From contig JAOABK010000006.1 in assembly GCA_026418415.1 (NCBI GenBank), positions 7,688 to 71,687 of the forward strand: a DNA stretch of 64,000 nt, read 5' to 3'. The notes beneath the pieces are model-generated. The model did not search any database and was not told the origin of the DNA. It saw only the letters and a list, made by a program, of their open reading frames with translations. This DNA is from Pseudomonadota bacterium (GTDB taxonomy: Bacteria; CALINM01). Below, piece by piece: positions 61,584 to 64,000 of this stretch; position 1 is the stretch's first letter, and every line of letters begins with the position of its first letter. Both the position numbers and the translations under genes were made by a program.

Positions 61584-61816
61584 TGAAATTAAAAAAATGG
61601 GACTTATTATTTATAATTATTGGTGTTTTAGTGGTTTTTGTGTTAGCAGTTGCTCCGAGACAGACAACACCACGTATACCATTAGATGAAATTCATTCAA
61701 ATCTTACTGATGAGAAGACCTGTAAAAATTGCCACGGTCCTGGAACAGATAGACCTTTACCTCCAAAACATCCAAATAAAGAAAGGTGCTTATTGTGTCA
61801 TAAAAGGAAGAAATAA
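61583..61816 (+). CDS. small membrane-anchored diheme cytochrome c
   Basis: N-terminal TM; CKNCH and CLLCH heme motifs; extra His (DEIH, KHP) as candidate distal ligands. Confidence 0.85.
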   Translation: MKLKKWDLLFIIIGVLVVFVLAVAPRQTTPRIPLDEIHSNLTDEKTCKNCHGPGTDRPLPPKHPNKERCLLCHKRKK

Positions 61817-61823
61817 TAGTAGT

Positions 61824-62591
61824 TTAGGATTGCATATTTTTCCAAATTTCTTCAAGGGCTAATCTTAAAGATTCAGACATGTCGTATGCAGATTTACCTA
61901 CTTTATCTGACTCTATTATAAGAGGATCATAGGGCATAAATCCAAGAATTTTAAAATCCGCAAGTTCCTTTTTAATTAACTCTTTATCATTTTCATTTTG
62001 TATTTTATTACCAACAACCCAGACATCTTTAATTAATAATTCGTTGGCTAATTCTTTTATCTGTCTCGCAGTTTGAAAACTTCTTAATCCTGGTTCCACA
62101 ACAACTATAAACTTATTAACATAACCAGTAGTACCACGACCTAAATGTTCAAGACCAGCTTCCATATCTACAATTACAACTTCATTCCTCGCTACAAATA
62201 AATGCCTAAGCAAAGCTTTTAATAATGCATTTTCTGGACAAAAACATCCACTGCCAGCTGATTGAAAGGTTCCTAATAACATAAATTTAACACCTTTATA
62301 TTCGATGCTAAATTTTTCTGGTATATCATCAACCTTTGGATTTAATATGAACATTCCTCCATAAGTTCCTGGTTGTACACCTGTTCTTTCAGCGATTAAA
62401 TCTTTCATTTCTGATATAGGTTTCAATTGATCAATCAGCTCTTTTGGAGCACCTATAGCAGAAGCTAAGTTTGCATCAGGATCTGCATCTATTGCTAAAA
62501 CTTTGAAATTCCTATCTGCCAAAAATCTTGCTAAAGTACCCGCTAATGTTGTTTTTCCAACTCCGCCTTTACCTGTTATTGCAATTTTCAT
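61824..62591 (-). CDS. cooC: CO dehydrogenase/ACS nickel-insertion ATPase (CooC/AcsF family)
   Basis: MKIAITGKGGVGKTT, DADPD, GSGCFCPEN (CxC), DMEAGLEHLGRG; GAGGTG RBS before ATG 62591. Confidence 0.92.
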   Translation of the reverse strand: MKIAITGKGGVGKTTLAGTLARFLADRNFKVLAIDADPDANLASAIGAPKELIDQLKPISEMKDLIAERTGVQPGTYGGMFILNPKVDDIPEKFSIEYKGVKFMLLGTFQSAGSGCFCPENALLKALLRHLFVARNEVVIVDMEAGLEHLGRGTTGYVNKFIVVVEPGLRSFQTARQIKELANELLIKDVWVVGNKIQNENDKELIKKELADFKILGFMPYDPLIIESDKVGKSAYDMSESLRLALEEIWKNMQS

Positions 62592-62609
62592 TTTAAACAC
62601 CTCTAATAT

Positions 62610-62634
62610 AAAAAGAGCCCTCGAATGAGGGCTC
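62610..62634 (-). terminator. intrinsic terminator after rpoC
   Basis: GAGCCCTC-4 nt loop-GAGGGCTC stem followed by TTTTT on the minus strand. Confidence 0.85.
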
Positions 62635-62641
62635 CTAATTT

Positions 62642-64000
62642 TTATGCAGTTTTTAGATTACTACTATTATGTTCCTCACCTTCTATTTCAAAATCAATAT
62701 TTCTATATCTTGGTAAACCAGTACCAGCAGGTATTAATCTTCCAACTATAACATTTTCTTTTAAACCTCTTAAGAAATCAATTTTCCCTTCTACTGCTGC
62801 CTGTGTTAATACTTTAGTTGTTTCCTGGAATGAGGCGGCGGAAATAAAGCTGTCTGTACTTAAAGATGCTTTAGTAATACCATAAAATACAGGTTCAGCT
62901 GTTGCAGGTTTACCACCTTTCTCAATAACTTTAAAGTTTTCTTCTTTAAACACAAATTTATCAACAATATCTCCCTCAAGGAACTTAGTATCGCCAGGAT
63001 TTTTAATTTTAACTTTTCTTAACATTTGACGTACAATTATTTCAAAATGTTTGTCATTAATTTTAACACCCTGTAATCTATAAACATTCTGTATCTCATC
63101 AACTAAAAACTTTGCTAAAGCTTCAATACCCAAAACTCTTAAAATATCATGAGGGTTTGGAGATCCTTCTATCAACTTTTCACCAGCCTTTATAAATTCT
63201 CCTTCACGAACTATAATATATTTACCCTTTGGTATAATATATTCCCTTGGTTCTCCTACCTCTGGTGTTATAATGACCTTTCTTTTACCTTTGCTATCCT
63301 TTCCAAAGGAAACAAATCCATCGATCTCAGAGATAATCGCATATTTCTTTGGTTTTCTTGCCTCAAAAAGTTCGGCAACCCTTGGTAGACCTCCTGTGAT
63401 GTCATGCTGTTTAGAGATTTCTCTTGGAAATTTAGCAATTATATCACCCGCTTTTACTTCCTGGCCCTCAACAACAGTTATCATTGCCTCAACTGGCAGA
63501 TGATACCTCGCTTCCATGTTACTGCCAGGTATTTTTAATGTTTTGCCACCCGGGCCTTTTATAGAAATTCTTGGTCTTAAATTAGTATCTTTGTGTTCGA
63601 GAATTATTTTTTGTGACATACCTGTAACTTCATCAACCTGCTCTTTCATTGTAACGCCTTCAATTATATCACCAAACTTAACAATACCTGATACCTCAGT
63701 AATTATTGGTATGAAATAGGGATCCCATTCTGCTACCTTCTGATTTGCAGAAACACTGTCTCCATCTTTTACAAGGAGTTTAGCTCCATAGATTATAGAG
63801 TATTTCTCACGTTCTCTACCAAACTTATCTAAAACCGCTATTTCACCATGTCGATTAATTACAACAAGATTCCCTTCACTATCTGTTACTGTAGATACGT
63901 TATAAAACTTTATTTTACCCTCATTTCTTACTTCTAATGTATTTTTCTCAGCTTTAGCACCTGCAGTACCACCAAGGTGGAATGTTCTCATTGTAAGCTG
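62642..64000 (-). CDS. rpoC: RNA polymerase beta' subunit, 3' part (partial)
   Basis: QLTMRTFH, DITGGLPRVAELFEAR, INDKHFEIIVRQM, SFISAASFQETT, LKENVIVGRLIPAGTG; frame runs off the window end. Confidence 0.99.
   Translation of the reverse strand, partial: QLTMRTFHLGGTAGAKAEKNTLEVRNEGKIKFYNVSTVTDSEGNLVVINRHGEIAVLDKFGREREKYSIIYGAKLLVKDGDSVSANQKVAEWDPYFIPIITEVSGIVKFGDIIEGVTMKEQVDEVTGMSQKIILEHKDTNLRPRISIKGPGGKTLKIPGSNMEARYHLPVEAMITVVEGQEVKAGDIIAKFPREISKQHDITGGLPRVAELFEARKPKKYAIISEIDGFVSFGKDSKGKRKVIITPEVGEPREYIIPKGKYIIVREGEFIKAGEKLIEGSPNPHDILRVLGIEALAKFLVDEIQNVYRLQGVKINDKHFEIIVRQMLRKVKIKNPGDTKFLEGDIVDKFVFKEENFKVIEKGGKPATAEPVFYGITKASLSTDSFISAASFQETTKVLTQAAVEGKIDFLRGLKENVIVGRLIPAGTGLPRYRNIDFEIEGEEHNSSNLKTA

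Noticed and set aside
487-63719. Many short antisense or alternate-frame ORFs in the track (e.g. 487-885, 14940-15371, 35474-35905, 57660-58046)
   Set aside because: They lie within well-supported genes and show no recognisable motifs; typical shadow ORFs.
1-64000. CRISPR array, prophage, IS element, integrase, tRNA/rRNA or defence system
   Set aside because: No repeat-spacer pattern, transposase/integrase motifs or suitable GC-rich structured intergenic space seen. The phage-like module in PilX is a domain, not a prophage.
1-64000. A/T homopolymer runs (8-9 nt) as phase-variation switches
   Set aside because: Common throughout, including in essential genes, as expected at this AT content; none seen to disrupt a reading frame.

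Overview
AT-rich (roughly 30% GC by eye), very gene-dense bacterial chromosome segment. Gene order (lysS-lol-bamA-skp-lpxD-fabZ-lpxA-gnnA-lpxB-msbA-DUF374-waaA-lpxK; recO-glyQS-ppdK; ntrYX; ispG-proS-pyrF-rlmB) resembles Desulfobacterota/deltaproteobacteria (inference). Contents: (1) a ~24 kb co-oriented cell-envelope/lipid A cluster that starts with an uncharacterised radical SAM gene and ends in a PAP2-phosphatase::GT-C (ArnT-like) fusion, a polyprenyl-phosphate GT2 and a flippase-like protein. (2) An MSHA-like type IV pilus locus: major pilin with a duplicated Thr-rich insert, a GT-C-like/TPR membrane protein apparently starting at ATA, four minor pilins (the PilX-like one carrying two inserted phage-structural-like modules), an Ig-repeat putative tip adhesin, an ExeA/MshM ATPase, a TPR protein, PilMNOP-like proteins and a short secretin, but no PilB/PilC/PilD. 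(3) A B12-binding radical SAM gene plus a liv ABC operon. (4) lptCAB-rpoN. (5) ntrY-ntrX (degenerate AAA+)-recO-glyQS-ppdK. (6) beta-CASP nuclease-ispG-proS-pyrF-rlmB. (7) A small diheme cytochrome c with a membrane partner, an orphan CooC, and the 3' part of rpoC. I saw no rRNA, tRNA, CRISPR array or mobile element. The best candidate for an undescribed system is the coupled polyprenyl-sugar lipid A/pilin glycosylation module plus unusual pilus tip (20.6-30.8 kb). All calls come from motif recognition by eye; no searches were run.
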